64,000 bases of DNA from Entomortierella parvispora E1425 (GCA_020891255.1 BQFW01000007.1:930001-994000); one strand, 5' to 3'; shown: positions 1-13,673, counted from the stretch's first letter. The notes: generated from the letters alone by a model not told the origin. Made by a program: numbers and translations.

Positions 1-2771
1 CCAGACGCCACCATCCCTTCCTCACCAACAATGTTCATGAAGGGACTCAGTGGCGCACCTTCTCTGCATCACTTGCCCTCGATGCTCCTTCCCAGTCCTG
101 CCGTGCGCGTGACCGGTACTTCGACTGCGCCGACAACGCCCAAGGTCCAACAACAGCGACGCAACAGCTCCAAGGACGCCAGCGCCAAAAAGAAACAAGG
201 AGAGGCAAACCTGCGCAAGATGTCCATCAGCAGCGAGGACTCTGCATCTTCGAATGACTCTGTTGGTGGCGGTGGTCTCCGCTTCACTTGTTCAGCGGCG
301 CACTGCGAAAAACGATTCTCTCAGTCAGAGCAGCTGGCTGCCCATGAACGGTAAGAGATATGTGGAGTTCAGAATGATGAGAGACCAGAATCCTATTCCC
401 CTTTTTTGCCCTTCCCCAGGCATGCCATTGTCTCGCACAGTCCACATACCGCTGGTGCTGGTAGGCGCTGGTACGTGCTGAGAGAAGCGGCAGACGACCT
501 CCATTTGAGGTCTTGGTCGTCTGAGAGGGAAGAACTTTCCTTCTTGGGTACCTTTCGACTCTTCTTGTTTTGCTTCTCCACTCTCTGATACCTCAGAAGA
601 GTTTTTTCAGGCACTGGCATTCGTGCACGTTGTGCCTTTCTGTCGATGGAGCAACACGCACTAGTGGCAGACAACAAGGGCTGCATGAGTCGAGGGGTGG
701 CGACACGTCTTCCTCTTCAGTCTGCTAGCCAAGCGAAAGCGAGGGTCGTGCCACATGTCCCATCTCTCGAAACCAGTCACATTAATTCCTTCCTTGGCCT
801 TCCATATGTCCGCTTTGCCCCGAACAGGGCGTGAGGTGGCGAAATGAAACGCGTGCTACTGCGCTGATGCTAACCTGCTGCCGTCTTTGTTTTTGCTTCT
901 GTTCCACAGCTGCCACACTCGAACCAGGCCATTTGTAAGTGATTGTGTACCCTATCTCTCCATCTTGGCTGGATGAATGGATCAGGAACACAGCAGGACC
1001 GTGGACAGGATCCCCCCAAGGAGTCGGCTAGAGTCGAGGCAAAAGAGGCTGAGCAAATGATGGGAATGCGAGGACCTTTCTTCTATATCCTTCTTTGACG
1101 GCTCGACGCTGGTTGCAATTGCCTGAATCTAAAATGAAGGAGTATCCTTCGTTGTTGACAACGCTTGACAACTTGAAACGATCGAACCGACAGAGCTACG
1201 ACTCAGAAAGGACAATGGTTGACCCTCAGGGAGGATCAAGTCTGGCGCGTTCCAGATCCCTTTCCCAAGGCAGGTGAAAGGGTCATTTGGTCAAAACTTC
1301 AAAGAGTGCTTGTGGATCGGTCGACCTTGTCAGCTTGTTGCTTTCTAATTTCCAAAGATTCCAATTGCCCCATTTGCGCTCCAAAAAACCCATCTCCAGG
1401 GGAGATGAGTAAGAAGGGTCCTTCTTATTTTGTTTGACGGAACACACTGTCCATCATTGCTCTCTTTTGTTGTTCTTTATTCTTTGGGGGACATTGGATT
1501 TCGTTGCTGCTGGGCGCTTATTCTTTCTCATCCATCACAACCCCCTCCCTCGACCGTGATGAAAAAGCTGGATATCATCGTCTGCGTGAGCGCAGCATTT
1601 ACTCAAGATCTTGGGAGCGCTACAAAGAAAAGACGATTATGACGGGATGAGTGCAGAAAGGGCGGACAAACAGAATGGCATCTCCGAAAGCACCTTGTTT
1701 TGTTTTAGTTCAGTGTTGTCTTGGAGACCCGGCACTGAATCTGACAAACACAGCAGGGTGTCTTTTTGGAGGCGCATTTGTTTATTCATTCGTTCTGGCG
1801 ATTTTCTCGAGTTGTTTTTTTGATTCCTCGCAAGAAAATGTTTGACGAAATTATCAAAGATTTTGACGACTCACGGTTCTTTCTCTTCGCATTTTTTTCT
1901 CTTTTCCTTTTCTTGTTTGTGTGTGTTTAACGTGTGTTGTGGTTGTTCCTTCCGACGATTTTTTTTGTATTGTCAATTGCTCCTACTTTCTTGGTCCTTT
2001 TTTTTGTGCCATTCTTTGTTTTATATATGATTAATGCCACAGGTCTGCCGATTCGATGGCTGTGAACGGTCCTTCACGCAGCTTGGAAACCTAAAGGTAA
2101 GGATGGGGTCACACTGACAGTTGTCAAGATGGTATCGGATCAAACATAGCCTGAACTCACTCGATTTTAATTCACTGCGACTTCTAGACTCATGAGCGCA
2201 AGCACACTGGGGAGCGACCTTACAAGTGCCCACATCCTGGATGCGACAAGACGTTCACTCAATTGGGCAACTTGAAGACACATGAGCGTATCCATGATGA
2301 AGTCAAACCTTTCATGTGTCGACTCCCAGGCTGTGGCAAGACCTTCAGTCAACTTGGAAATTTGAAGGTTTGAAGCTGGGCATGTTTTTATTTTGGTTAG
2401 GAAACATGAGAGAAGACCGTGAAGTTGACAACATTGCTATTCCCTTGACTATCTAGACACACACTACCAAGATGCACCCCGAAGTCACCATCAGTGACGA
2501 GGAGTTGGCTATCCGAACTACTTCAAGCAACTACCATGGATCTGGAGATCGTCGCTCGAGTTCGCCCAACGCTGCTCGTCTTGTCCACAGCCAAGAACAT
2601 GGGGTGGTTCAGGTCATTGCACATTTCAATCCTTACCAGCGACGCCCCATCAAACCTCAGCAGTCGGAGGAGGAGAAGCTTTTGAGGAAGATCAGGGCCA
2701 TGATCCACCATGAGCAACGTGTCCGAGAATTGGAGGATGCCAGTGAAGTGTCTGACGACATTGAGGAGTAG
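1..2771 (+). CDS. C2H2 zinc-finger transcription factor (AZF1-like), spliced, probably 5'-partial; linkage of the 1-471 part to the 2043-2771 part unresolved
   Basis: Exon to 350 ends [21 protein letters not shown] then gtaag. Exons from 2043 ([18 protein letters not shown]|gtaag), ~2178 ([60 protein letters not shown]|gt) and ~2457 ([10 protein letters not shown]...) to the stop at 2771. HTGERPY linker and repeated QLGNLK are typical of AZF1-like fingers. Confidence 0.75.
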
Positions 2772-3287
2772 TGTCTATGATCTGTTGATCCGTTTTGCCG
2801 CCAACAAGTTTAATTGGAGTCTGTCCACGTTACTACCTACTTGTATTTACTCCACAGGAGAGGGTTTCTGGGTCATTATCATCACATGATGGTCGACTAT
2901 CTTCTCTTTCCACAACAACCACAACCACCTGTAATTTGTATCCTGTGCCATTCCTTATCCCTCTTGTATGTACCAATATCCCATGTGCACTATAGACGGC
3001 CTTGACCTCTGCCTAATAAAAACGACGTGCCCTAAAGCTGTTACCCGGTTCCTGAATAAGTCCCGGTACTCCTAGACTGATACCGATGCTCACGAGACGG
3101 ACGGTCAATTACCCAAACTGGGCCATGACGATTTGCCTTTTTTTGATTGCCCGCAAAATCTTGCAAGTCCTAAACAACGTTGGATTGATTCCACGGACAA
3201 GAAAAACAATAAAAAAAAAAATTGTTTGTTCCAGGCCCCTTTTTCCTCTCTTTCTTTCATTCATTCAAACTGATTCCCACATTTACC

Positions 3288-4692
3288 ATGGTAAAGGAGA
3301 CGCGCCCATTCTGGAACTTTAACTATGGACAGGAGGACATTTGATGCCAGCTCATAGACACCCAGGACTTGCGACAGTTTGCAAGAATGCGAGCAAAAGT
3401 TCCACGCGACCACTTTTTTTATCCAGGGGCGAGGAATCCATCGCGATTCATGTCCAAAGAGAAACCCAGTTCATGTTGGGTCCCCCCTTGCCTTCCATTT
3501 GAATTCCCACAGCCACGTCAACTCAGGAGCTGCCACTCTTTGACATATCCAAAAAGCAATCGAAAAAGGCTATCGCAATACTCACGTCCAATCTCCAATT
3601 TCACAGGCCTTCCAACCTCCTCCTCAAGTCATTCTCTTGCCTCAGACCCAGCAGCTTAAGGCCCTGACAACCATCATCCGTGACAAGGAGACGCAAAGAG
3701 CCGACTTTATCTTTTACTCTGACCGTATCATCCGTATCTTGGTTGAGGAGGGTGAGTGAGCAGAGATGATGCAGGGCGACAGAGAGAAAAGAGAAACCAA
3801 AAGCACTGGAGAAGCCTAAAGGAATCTAATCACCTGTTTTTAAATCTTTTGTTTTTTAGGACTGAACCACCTCCCCGTTGTCGAGAAGACTGTTATTACA
3901 CCTACTGGTACATTGCAATACGAATTGTCGATGAAAGCTGAACGGGACAAAAAGTCGTTCCAGAGCCATTGTGTCTAACAGGCTTGTCCTGGTTTGTTTT
4001 CTTGTTGCTACAGGCAAGGAGTTCCATGGAATCGATTTTCAGGGACGTATCTGTGGAGTTTCCATCATGCGCGCTGGAGAGTCAAGTAAGCGATTTGATT
4101 GTCGTGGGAGGAAGGACTAGAGTCCTCATTGTCGTTGATATAACCAAGATCCTGGGTGTTAAGCTTTTTTTTTTGTTCCTATGATTTTCTAGTGGAGCAG
4201 GGACTTCGTGATGTGTGCAGAAGTGTCAGGATCGGCAAGATTTTGATCCAGAGAGATGAGGAGACCGCCATGCCAAAGCTCTACTACGCAAAGTTCCCCC
4301 CAGATATCGCTACTCGTTACTGCCTCCTGTTGGACCCCATGCTCGGTAAGGACGAGTGGCGAATGAGCCAAGTTGAGAACGGACGAGGACTCGACATCGT
4401 TTCTTACACTTTTTTTTTTTTTTTTTTTTTTTTGCATTCTTTCTTTTCTATTCTAGCCACTGGAGGATCAGCTATCAAGGCCATTGAGACTTTGATCGAT
4501 TATGGTGTTGCCGAAGAGAGAATCTTGTTCTTGAACTTGATTTCTTGCCCAGAGGGTATCCGCGCTGTCGTCGAAAAGTTCCCAGCCATGAAGATTGTTA
4601 CCGCCGAGATCGATGCTGGTCTGGACGAGAAGTTGTACATCAACCCTGGTCTCGGTGACTTTGGCTGCCGTTACTTTGGTACCGACAAGTAG
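3288..4692 (+). CDS. FUR1: Uracil phosphoribosyltransferase, 6 exons
   Basis: ATG(3288-3290)|gtaaag...tcacag|AFQPPPQVILLPQTQQLKALTTIIRDKETQRADFIFYSDRIIRILVEEG|LNHLPV...|...GVSIMRAGES|MEQGLRDVCRSVRIGKILIQRDEET...LLDPML|ATGGSA...INPGLGDFGCRYFGTDK*. UPRT motifs; all introns GT-AG and phase-consistent. Confidence 0.95.
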
Positions 4693-4978
4693 ACTCAAAT
4701 ATTAATAGACCATTCCTAGTAGTGCCGGCACTATTTTTTTTTCATGGTGTCCATTCTGTTTTGGTTCTCATAAAAGTTCTCGCAAAAGTTGTCCATTACA
4801 CAATGCAAAAGGCCCATAAATACATTTTTATATTTGGTTTATTGTCCAGAGAGATTGGTAGTATGATACAGTTTCGATTCCTTCCAGGAGCCAAAAGTGG
4901 GGGGAGGTTATGAAAGTCAAGGTCCTTCCTTTGCAAAAAAAAAATTGATGCAAGGTGGCGATCAAAAGCGGCGATAGC

Positions 4979-5830
4979 TTAAGCACGGGTCAACTTTCCG
5001 TAGATGTGGAGAGCAAAGACTGAGGCAATGAAGGCAAGGGACAAGACCAAGACGACAACGGGGTCACTGAAAGAAGGGAAAAGAAAAAAAAAGAAGAGTC
5101 AGTCTCGAGGGGGTTATTTTTCTGTTGGATCCTGGAATCTCACGCCTAGGGGGGTGAGAAGACTGATCTGGGGGGAATCGCTCAAATTGTCGGTGCTCAC
5201 TGGTCCAGTGATGTGCACAAGTCGTCTCTCACTCTTCTCTACTTTTTACTCCCTGTGTCTGCTTGCGAATAAAAATATTGAAGTCCCATAGTCCTCATTA
5301 TGTATGATCCATGAAGACAGAGCGATAGAAGCGGCCGGAATATATCCCGAGTCGAAGAATGAAAAAAGCCCCTGACAGTTTTACTCACACGCGGAGACCA
5401 GGAGAGTCATCAGTGTAGATGCGCATCATTCCAGAGGTGCTGGGGCCAGGAGCACGGGAAGTCTTGTCCTTGGAGGCAGTGGTACGTCTCCTATGAGATG
5501 GGACCGAGTTGAAAGAGAGCAAGAACGAATTAGCCACTGTTCTGATGTTCCTGAATGTCAATCTTGTTCCTTTTTTTTCTTCTTCATCCTATGGGTCGAT
5601 CCTGATGGTCTAGAACAAGATATAGGATCGATGGAGGATTGCAACGAACCTGACAGCGGCACCGCGAGGGGAGGCACCGGCGGGGTTGGGGGAAGGAGCA
5701 GAGTCAGACTAAGAGGAGCAAGAGATGAGCAGATGATTAGATGTCAAGACTCTCGTTGTTTTGCATCCAGGGATGGAGAGCATTGCCTCGAACAAGTCGA
5801 GTGTGATCGCTGTTGCGCTATGGTTACCAT
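4979..5830 (-). CDS. SEC61B: Sec61 translocon beta subunit, 4 exons (5830-5828, 5708-5650, 5490-5389, 5066-4979), 83 aa; missed by the ORF track
   Basis: Hand splicing gives MSDSAPSPNPAGASPRGAAVRRRTTASKDKTSRAPGPSTSGMMRIYTDDSPGLRVDPVVVLVLSLAFIASVFALHIYGKLTRA*. YTDDSPGLRVDP plus a C-terminal TM helix with His is the Sec61beta signature. Exon total 252 nt, in frame. Confidence 0.95.
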
Positions 5831-6235
5831 TGTGAATAGGATGTGGAGTCGGGTGAGGAAGGATGAAGAGGAAAGGACAGGAGAGAAAGGAAGAGAAGGA
5901 TGGAAGACAAACAAGCAGACAGAGAAGGAGGGGGAACGAAAGAACGAACGAACAGCGTTAATGCGAGCGGGCCAATCAGACCGCGCCAATGCGGACGCTG
6001 TCCTTATTTCCTCCCATGTGTTCTGTGCGTGGAAATAAGCCATCCTTCGAAACAACAGTGCCACCAAACGACATTGCTGTTCATTCATTCATTCATTCAT
6101 ACCCTTTCACTCTTACACCCAACACAGCATTCCCCCCCTCCTTCGACATATCGCCCTCAGGAACAGCGCAGGGATAGAGTGTGACGGACTGCAACAGGCC
6201 TTACCTCGAGATCTCCTTATTGCCAGTACTTGGCC
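5831..6235. promoter_or_regulatory. Putative bidirectional promoter between SEC61B and Gemin5
   Basis: Divergent start codons ~405 bp apart; contains a CATT-repeat pyrimidine-rich tract (~6081-6098). Confidence 0.5.
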
Positions 6236-9200
6236 ATGCAGGACAACATGGACGACGTTGTCTTCCCACCCTCGCCTCAGTGGCACCAGGCCCACTCTGC
6301 GTCACTCTGTGCATTGTCCAAGGACAAGGGCTGGATGCTCTATTCGCTCAACAGTTCGATTCACATCTTGAATCCATTTTCGATGAAATACGAGGGCATT
6401 CTCTCTGGCTTTCATACAGGCAGGATCAACTCTGTCGCGTCCGTCACCGTCTCCATACCGTCACTTGCAACTGTATCTACTGGATCCTTAACCCACAAGA
6501 TCGCTACACCCGAAGGCATGGGTGGCGTAGATCACAGCATGTCATCTTCACCTTCAAAGACAGTGCTTGTGGTTTCTGGAGGTGAAGATCAGACTGTTGT
6601 CTGCTGGGATTTGGCTTCGCGGAAACCTTTGGCTGTATCACGAGCTCACAATGTATGTTATCGAACAGGAACATTGCGACATGACGATGGGACTGGGATC
6701 TTGAAGTTCCGAGACTTTTCTTCTATATCCTCGTGCACCGACCATGAACTAACAGGAGTACTTTATATCCGATTTAGAAACCCGTCACTGCCGTTGAATG
6801 GACATCGAATGGAAAGACGATCATCTCAGGTAAGCCAGCCCCTTTGAGATGAATCCATGACTTGAAACTTTTCAAAGAATGTTGACTGATGCACATTCTG
6901 TCATTTCAATATCTAGGCGATCAAAGTGGTCTTTTAGTAGCATGGGACCCATTCAGCGGAAAGATCGTCTCCAAGCAGCTAGACAAAATGGCGCCGATGG
7001 TGTGCATAGTGGCCAGTCCGACAAGGAAAAACATTGTGGCAATAGGGTAAGGTAGGGCTTGGTTCCCTCAGGTGCCGTTCTTGGTTGGGTTACTGCATGG
7101 TTATTGATGCATTGTCCATTCTGCGATTTTTTCTATAGATTGGATGGAGGCGACATTCTCATCTGCGACGCGACTTGCGACTCTATCGATGTCATTTGCC
7201 GTCTACACGGTCACACCACAAAGGTTCAAAGTTTAGCATGGCAGCCAAGCTCATCTGGTACAGTTCTTGAGTGCGAGAGCAACAATGTAGGTTGTATTAC
7301 TCCTGGTGTCACTTCTAACATGCTTTCGTATTTGCTCGCCGTAGATGATGCGTCTGGTCCCACCCCCCAGAAATATACCCTCTTAGCATCTGGATCTGCG
7401 GACCAAACTATTCGGATCTGGGACGTTGAAAACGGGGTCTGCAACAAAGTCATTGACATGCCGGATCAGCACGAGGAGAGAGGTCCTTCAAATTTTGCAA
7501 AATTAAGGACATGGGTCCCAGTTGGCTGGATTTTGGGCGGAACATCTATATTGTCAAGCTCTAGCCGGTAAATTTCAACTACCCTACTGCCTCCACTTTC
7601 CATCGGCTTTATCGTCAATATGTATAATCATCTAACACCAGTGTCTATCTTTGACATAGTGGAAATATGTACCGATTCTCTATCGATGGCAATCGCAACG
7701 ACGGCGTCAGGATCACTCTTGGCCGTCAACATATCCGACAGGTATTCCAAGTTCTTGTGTGGCCAACTGGGACATTCGCATTTACCATCTCGCTCGATCG
7801 AAGGATAGTCGCCTGGGATCTTGAGAAGGGAGAAGGAGTGGCTCAAATCGACTGTATTGGAGGCGCAGTTCATTCGCTGGATATCAGCCCCATGGAGCCA
7901 GGTGTTGTCGCAATGGGGCTTGGAAGCGAAACGATCAAGATCTGGAATACTCTCAGCCAAAGTGAACCGTATGAGACCATGATGGTGGATCGCCTGCAGA
8001 GTCGTGTTAGAGTCATCAAATGGCATCCAACAGCCGTGGGAACGCTTTGCTTCGGCCTTGAGAGTGGAAAGATTGGCATGGTCGAAAACATGTCTCCCAA
8101 TCTTCAGCATCAGCTCAAAAGTCAGTCACGAGGCAAGAAAGGCAAGAAAAACAACAGGATTTCCCCCACATCGACCATCTTTCAGGCGTATCACCAGCGG
8201 GCAGTTGTCTCAATGCAGTGGTGCAGTCCAAAGGCACTGGAGGCTCCCGTTCCAGAGTTGTTTGACCTGGCCTTGAAGGATTCGAGCTTTTGTATTCTCT
8301 CTTGTGGAGTGGATGGCAGGATTCTAGTCAGCAACCCATCCAAACCAAACAGCAAGAGCCTGGATCTGGATGTCGTTATCCACCAACAAAACCGCGAATG
8401 GTACCAGTCTAAGAAGGCCGTCAAAGGATCAAAGACATGCAACAGGTCCGACTTTCACATCCACCCGAACGAAGACTTGATTGCTATTGGCAACACGGAC
8501 GGATCGGTAGAGGTTTTCGAGCTAAAATACTTTAAGCTGGTCTTCGTGTTTCAAGGTCACTCGAGCAAGGTGAATCGCGTCAGATGGAACATTTCTGGAG
8601 GTGACCCGGATAGTCCACCGACAGCTGGACGTGAAGCAGTGTCATATTTGCTGGCATCAGGATTTGAGCATGGTGCTCTTAATGTGCACAATCTCGCACA
8701 GTACTCCTCAAAGGCGATGGCTATCAACTCGATCAAGAGGTCCCTTGAGCGTCACTCAAGTGGAGAGGCTTCCATAGAGGCGCCTCCGCCAACAACTCTA
8801 AACACCGAGCCGGTTTTGCCGACAGCTGCATCTTTCGCCTCTCTTCGACATCACACCAGGAGTATCTCTAATATTGCATGGTCACCTCATGACGGAAACG
8901 ACGACGACGATGCAGGACCCACACAGTTTCAAAAGCTCGTTACGTCGTCTTATGATGGACGCGTTGTTGTATATCAGCTCTACATTGGAGACCTCCTTGC
9001 CGGTGTATCTGGCCATTCTTCTGTCACGCCTGGTGCTGATTCCAAAGAAAGTGGCGGAGGAATTTCATCAGATACAAAAGGAGATGGAGCCGAAGACAGT
9101 AGCATGGAAGATGACGCTTCTGTAACCTCGGAAAGCCTCTCGCGCTCTGAACGTCGTTGCCATCGACCAATCGCCTGCCTCAACCTTCTGGGTGACCAAG

Positions 9201-10972
9201 CTTTGTCTGTGCATTGGAGTTTGAGTGATGTGGACAGGATCTACAGCGGTGGAAATGACTGGAGGCTGATTAGCTGGAACTGGAAAGCGCATCCTTTTAC
9301 GAAGGCAAAACGTATACATCAGGACCGAGAAACGGCCACTCGCCAATCGAATGAGCCAGGATCCAAGTCTAGCCCGGCGCCATGTGAACTCAGCTCCAGG
9401 GTTGAAGTTAGCCCGTCTGTACAATCTGAGCAAACGGATGCCTCATCAACAGTACAGTCCTCACCCGAAGCCCGGGAAGTCTACTCTCCTATGAACAAGA
9501 GAACATTGGAAGCCCCGGAATCACCAAATCCATCAAAACGCCACCGAAGTCCCGCTGCAATCTCGCCTTCTCCAGCGGTGACGACCAACCCGACGAATCA
9601 ACAAGTAGACACCGCCTCCAAGCTAAGATTGTTCCCAAAGAGTGGCAATGCCTTTCAAAAGGTCAAGTCCAAGAAGAAGACCTGTCTCGAGGTGATCCGT
9701 TTAGCCAGAAACCTTTATTGCCGACACCGTCGACACCGAGGCATATTGAACACCGATGCAGACATTGATGAGGCACGTGTACGTTGGCAGGCTATGCTGG
9801 CATTCTTGAGAAAAGATGGCGATCCTGAGGGCATCCACATGGCACTGACACTCTGCGGTGAAACAGACGAGATGAACATTCAGCAGGATGAAGACGATGA
9901 GAAGGAGGAGCCAGCACAGCCCGCAGCAATGGACAAAAACGGCGAACTCAACACTGGTGATATTATCCAGGAAACAGAAGAGACAGAGGACGAGGATATT
10001 GTCTTTGACGGTGACCTGGTGTTCTATGGCTCACGAGAATCGGTGAAGGCGCTCGCAGAGTTGGAGGCACAAGAAATCGCAAAGACGCCCGGCAATGTCT
10101 TTACAACAGCCAGTGGTCTAGGTGTCCCACTTCCTGTGGACGCAGTCATTTCTTCCAGGAGGAACCCATCCAGCGGTAAAACAGGACCCAAGACTCAAAA
10201 CTCTCAGCAGCTTTGTCGGATACCTGTTGCTTTTTGGATGGGCGATGTCCCGCAGATGATTGATATCTTGGGATCCCTGCAGGTGAATCAGTTTGGTATT
10301 CAGGACTGGATTGGATTGGCGCTGGCGCCAATGGGGGGCGTAGATGCCTGGAGACAATTGATGGCGAAGACCGCTACCAAGTTTACAGCGAACAGTGAAG
10401 CTCATGCAGCGGCGCTCTGCTATCTTGCTCTGGGCAAGGTCTTTGCAGCTGTCGAGGCTTATCGAAAATGTTGCCTCTATCGGGAAGCTCTGATGCTGTT
10501 CCGTATCAGGATGTGGGACGATGCAGACGATGATGGTGAGGATGATTATGGTAATGGAGATGTCGAGGGTCCTCAAGGAAAGGAAGGAGAAGCAAAGGAT
10601 ATCCTTGATCCCAGCTCGAGCGGATCTAGTTCCCTGTCTAAGGACCCAAGCGATCTCCACCGCCGAATTCTGACAGAGTGGGGCCAGGCGCTTGAAAAGA
10701 AAGGCCAGTACGAGCAAGCATGCAAGTGCCATCTGGCTCTAGAGGCTCTTTTGGTCAAGCGAAACCGAAAGGCAAGGCGCGGAGGTGCACTTGCAAGAGA
10801 AACCTCTTCTGTCGGATTGCAGACGTTGGCGAGAAGGCATGACCTGATATCACTTCGAACAGTAGCGGCAATTGCCATCCTGATCCACGATCCCTCTGCA
10901 GAGGACTACATCGGCCGGCACGAAGAGATGTGGAGGCTGAAGCAAGAGACTGAGAAGCGCAAAAAGAACTAG
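6236..10972 (+). CDS. GEMIN5: Gemin5-like WD40-repeat / TPR-dimerisation protein (SMN complex)
   Basis: N-terminal FPPSPQW resembles Gemin5 LPPSPNW. Many WD repeats (GHTTKVQSLAW, LASGSADQTIRIWD, GHSSKVNRVRW). C-terminal LALAPMGGVDAWRQ...AHAAALCYLALGKVFAAVEAYRKCCLYREAL...EWGQALEKKGQYEQACKCHL matches the Gemin5 TPR-like module. Small 5' exons, then one long exon ~7660-10972. Confidence 0.8.
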
Positions 10973-11297
10973 CAGCATCGTCTCCCTGGCAATAAAAAAA
11001 GAAAAAAAAGGAAGAATCCTCCTAGAATCCTCCTCATCTGTGTGCACATCAATCATATCTCCAGATCAATCTTATCACAAAAATTTCGCCCAGGGGTGAC
11101 TGTTGTGGATCGCGTGCGGCTTCGGGGTTTCTGTTGCGTCCCCTTGACTCTTTTTAACCTCATTGCTGTCGACTCATTCATCTTCTCCCTCCTTCCATTG
11201 CATTGCACCAGACTCTCTTTCTCATCCACTGCACAAAAGACACCAGCAATCCGCTCGCAAGACCTCATTCGTCCTCACATTCTCCATTTCACACATC

Positions 11298-12699
11298 ATG
11301 GCCACCAAGGTACAAACAATAACCACTACAACGACAAGAACGACCGTTGGGAGGCACGGACGTTTTGGGAGGCTCGAAAACAACAGGCATGCACTCTTGA
11401 ACAACAAGTCGCTTTCGAAGTTTTATGCTTAACCAATCCTGGCGTCTTGCTGTTTTCGCATCTCTTAGAGAAAAGACCCCGCCCTGTATACACTGACAGC
11501 AGGCTCGTTCGCAGGAGCTATAGAAGCAACCATCACATACCCAACCGAGTTTGTCAAGACACAACTTCAACTACAGGATGGAGCCAAAGGACAGGTCGCT
11601 GCCCTTCCGGGTGCAAAGGTAATGATGGACAAACGTTTTCTAGAGCAGTGGGGCGTGGACTCAAAAGATATGATAAAATGAGATCGCCGCCCAACTCACA
11701 CCGTAGGACTGCTTTTTTTTGGTCGAGGTGATCGTTAGGCACCCAAAGGCCCCATCGACATTCTAGTTTCGACTGTCAGGAATCAAGGGATTTCAGCCGT
11801 TTACAGAGGACTGTCCGCTATGATCATTGGAAACACAGCCAAGGCCGGTGTCCGGTTCTTTGCCTTTGATCAGTTCAAGGAGCTGCTCAAGGATTCGGAG
11901 GGCAAGACAACAGGCGCTCGATCTGTCCTTGGTAAGATATCTGTGGCCTTGGCCATTCTTGACAAACGGAAGTGCCTATTAAGCTCCACGGTGTAAGAAG
12001 TAGGACCCTAATGAATCCTGTTTCACCTTGTATCATAGCTGGACTGGGCGCCGGAATGACCGAGGCACTGCTGGTTGTGACCCCCTCAGAAACTATCAAG
12101 ACAAAGTTGATTCACGACGGCAATTCTGCAAAGCCACAGTACAGGGGTCTGGTCCATGGCGTACAATCGATCGTCAAGGCCGAGGGATTGGGTGGGATCT
12201 ATCGAGGTGTGATCCCAGTGATGGCTCGTCAGGGCGCCAACAGTGCGGTTCGGTTCGGTGTATATTCAGCCCTGAATGATCTTTTGAAGGCAAGGTTGGA
12301 GCCAGGAGCCAAGGTCCCAGCGGCGTATACTTTTGGCATTGGTGCCATTGCAGGAATCGTAACCGTGTACTCGACCATGCCCTTGGATGTGGTCAAGACA
12401 AAGATGCAAGGGCTGAACGCCAAACAGCTGTACAATGGTGTGTTTGACTGCTTCTGGAAGGTGTTCAAGAACGAAGGCTTGCTGAGCTTTTGGAAGGGAG
12501 CTACGCCTAGATTGGCGCGTCTTTCTGTAAGTCCTCACCAATGATGTTGAAAAATTGTCTTGCATCAAAAGCGTCCCTGTTTTTATTTCTAACACAACCT
12601 CGCCGTTTGTAGATGTCCGGAGGTATCGTATTTAGTATATACGAGAATACGATGGTAGTTCTTAGACGGTTCGACGACCCAGCTCCTTTGCGGTCTTGA
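11298..12699 (+). CDS. CTP1: Mitochondrial citrate (tricarboxylate) carrier, SLC25
   Basis: MATK|RKDPALYTLTAGSFAGAIEATITYPTEFVKTQLQ..., GNTAKAGVRF, TPSETIKTKLI, RQGANSAVRF, MPLDVVKTKMQ, PRLARLS|MSGGIVFSIYE...*. Three PxE/DxxK carrier motifs and citrate-carrier contact residues. Confidence 0.9.
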
Positions 12700-13673
12700 A
12701 AAGGCGCCTCTCATCCTCCATGCATCCTGCCGTCTCACATATCAAAAATTAAAGAATGCGACGGTCTAGACCTCTCTCCGCTCATGTCCTAGTCTGATTG
12801 GTTTTTTTACCCTGTCTCTCTATGCTTGCATCTCGGAAATCATAGAATGGTCCGTGTTCGCTTTTGCAGAAAAAATTCGTCAGAAGTGGATTTCCTTCCA
12901 TTTCCTCAAATGGGGCGGCAAAAAATTATTTTATTGAGCATTCGCTTTTGCAGAATAATTTCTGCAAAAGTGAACAACAGCGACCGCACAAAGGGAATGG
13001 GGCACAGAAACGTGGATGCCCATGCTATGGCCAGGAAGAAGCAAGATAGCCTTTGCGTCAATTGTCATGAACCGCCGCCCAGGCAGGGTCCAACCGTTGG
13101 ACTTTAAATTCAGGGCGTGACGAACAAAGTGATTGGGCACGACTCTCCAACATAGGGTGGGGCTGCCCGTCGTTTTGGATTCAAAACTTTTTTTGCTTGA
13201 GACGGGTGGCGATATGACGACAACGACCTACATGTACATACAGTGCAACAGGTACCCAGGGTGACCAGAACGGTGAGGGCGACGGACTTCACGCCTTAAA
13301 AAGACCCTTAGACAGCTCTCGAACCAGGGTTGCGCCACCTGTCCACTCCATGTTGAGACCTGGTATTTTTACCAGGAAATCGCGCGACTCTAAAAATAGT
13401 GGGGGACGGATTGGGCGTACATCGGCCTGAAAGCCATTTAAAGCCGTTGAGATCAAACTGGAATTTTTACGCTCGAGTTTCTCATTCCTCTTTTTCATTC
13501 CCTTTGTCTTCTTCTCCACCCCTTTTATTTCTTGCCATCTAGAGATCCTAAAATGTAAAGACCACTACATCTGCGTCTCTTTATCAAACAGAAAGCTCTA
13601 CTGGGAATATACATTGTGATACTCACTCTCTCTCCTTCAACTGAACTTGGATTGTAGCCTCCTCTAGAAAAAA

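Noticed and set aside
1142-1150. GTATCCTTC resembling a U12 5' splice site
   Set aside because: No supporting upstream exon and no TCCTTAAC-type branch site before the 2042 acceptor.
13110-13292. Cys-containing small ORF resembling a secreted peptide
   Set aside because: Start is GTG, not ATG, and no in-frame upstream ATG exon was found.
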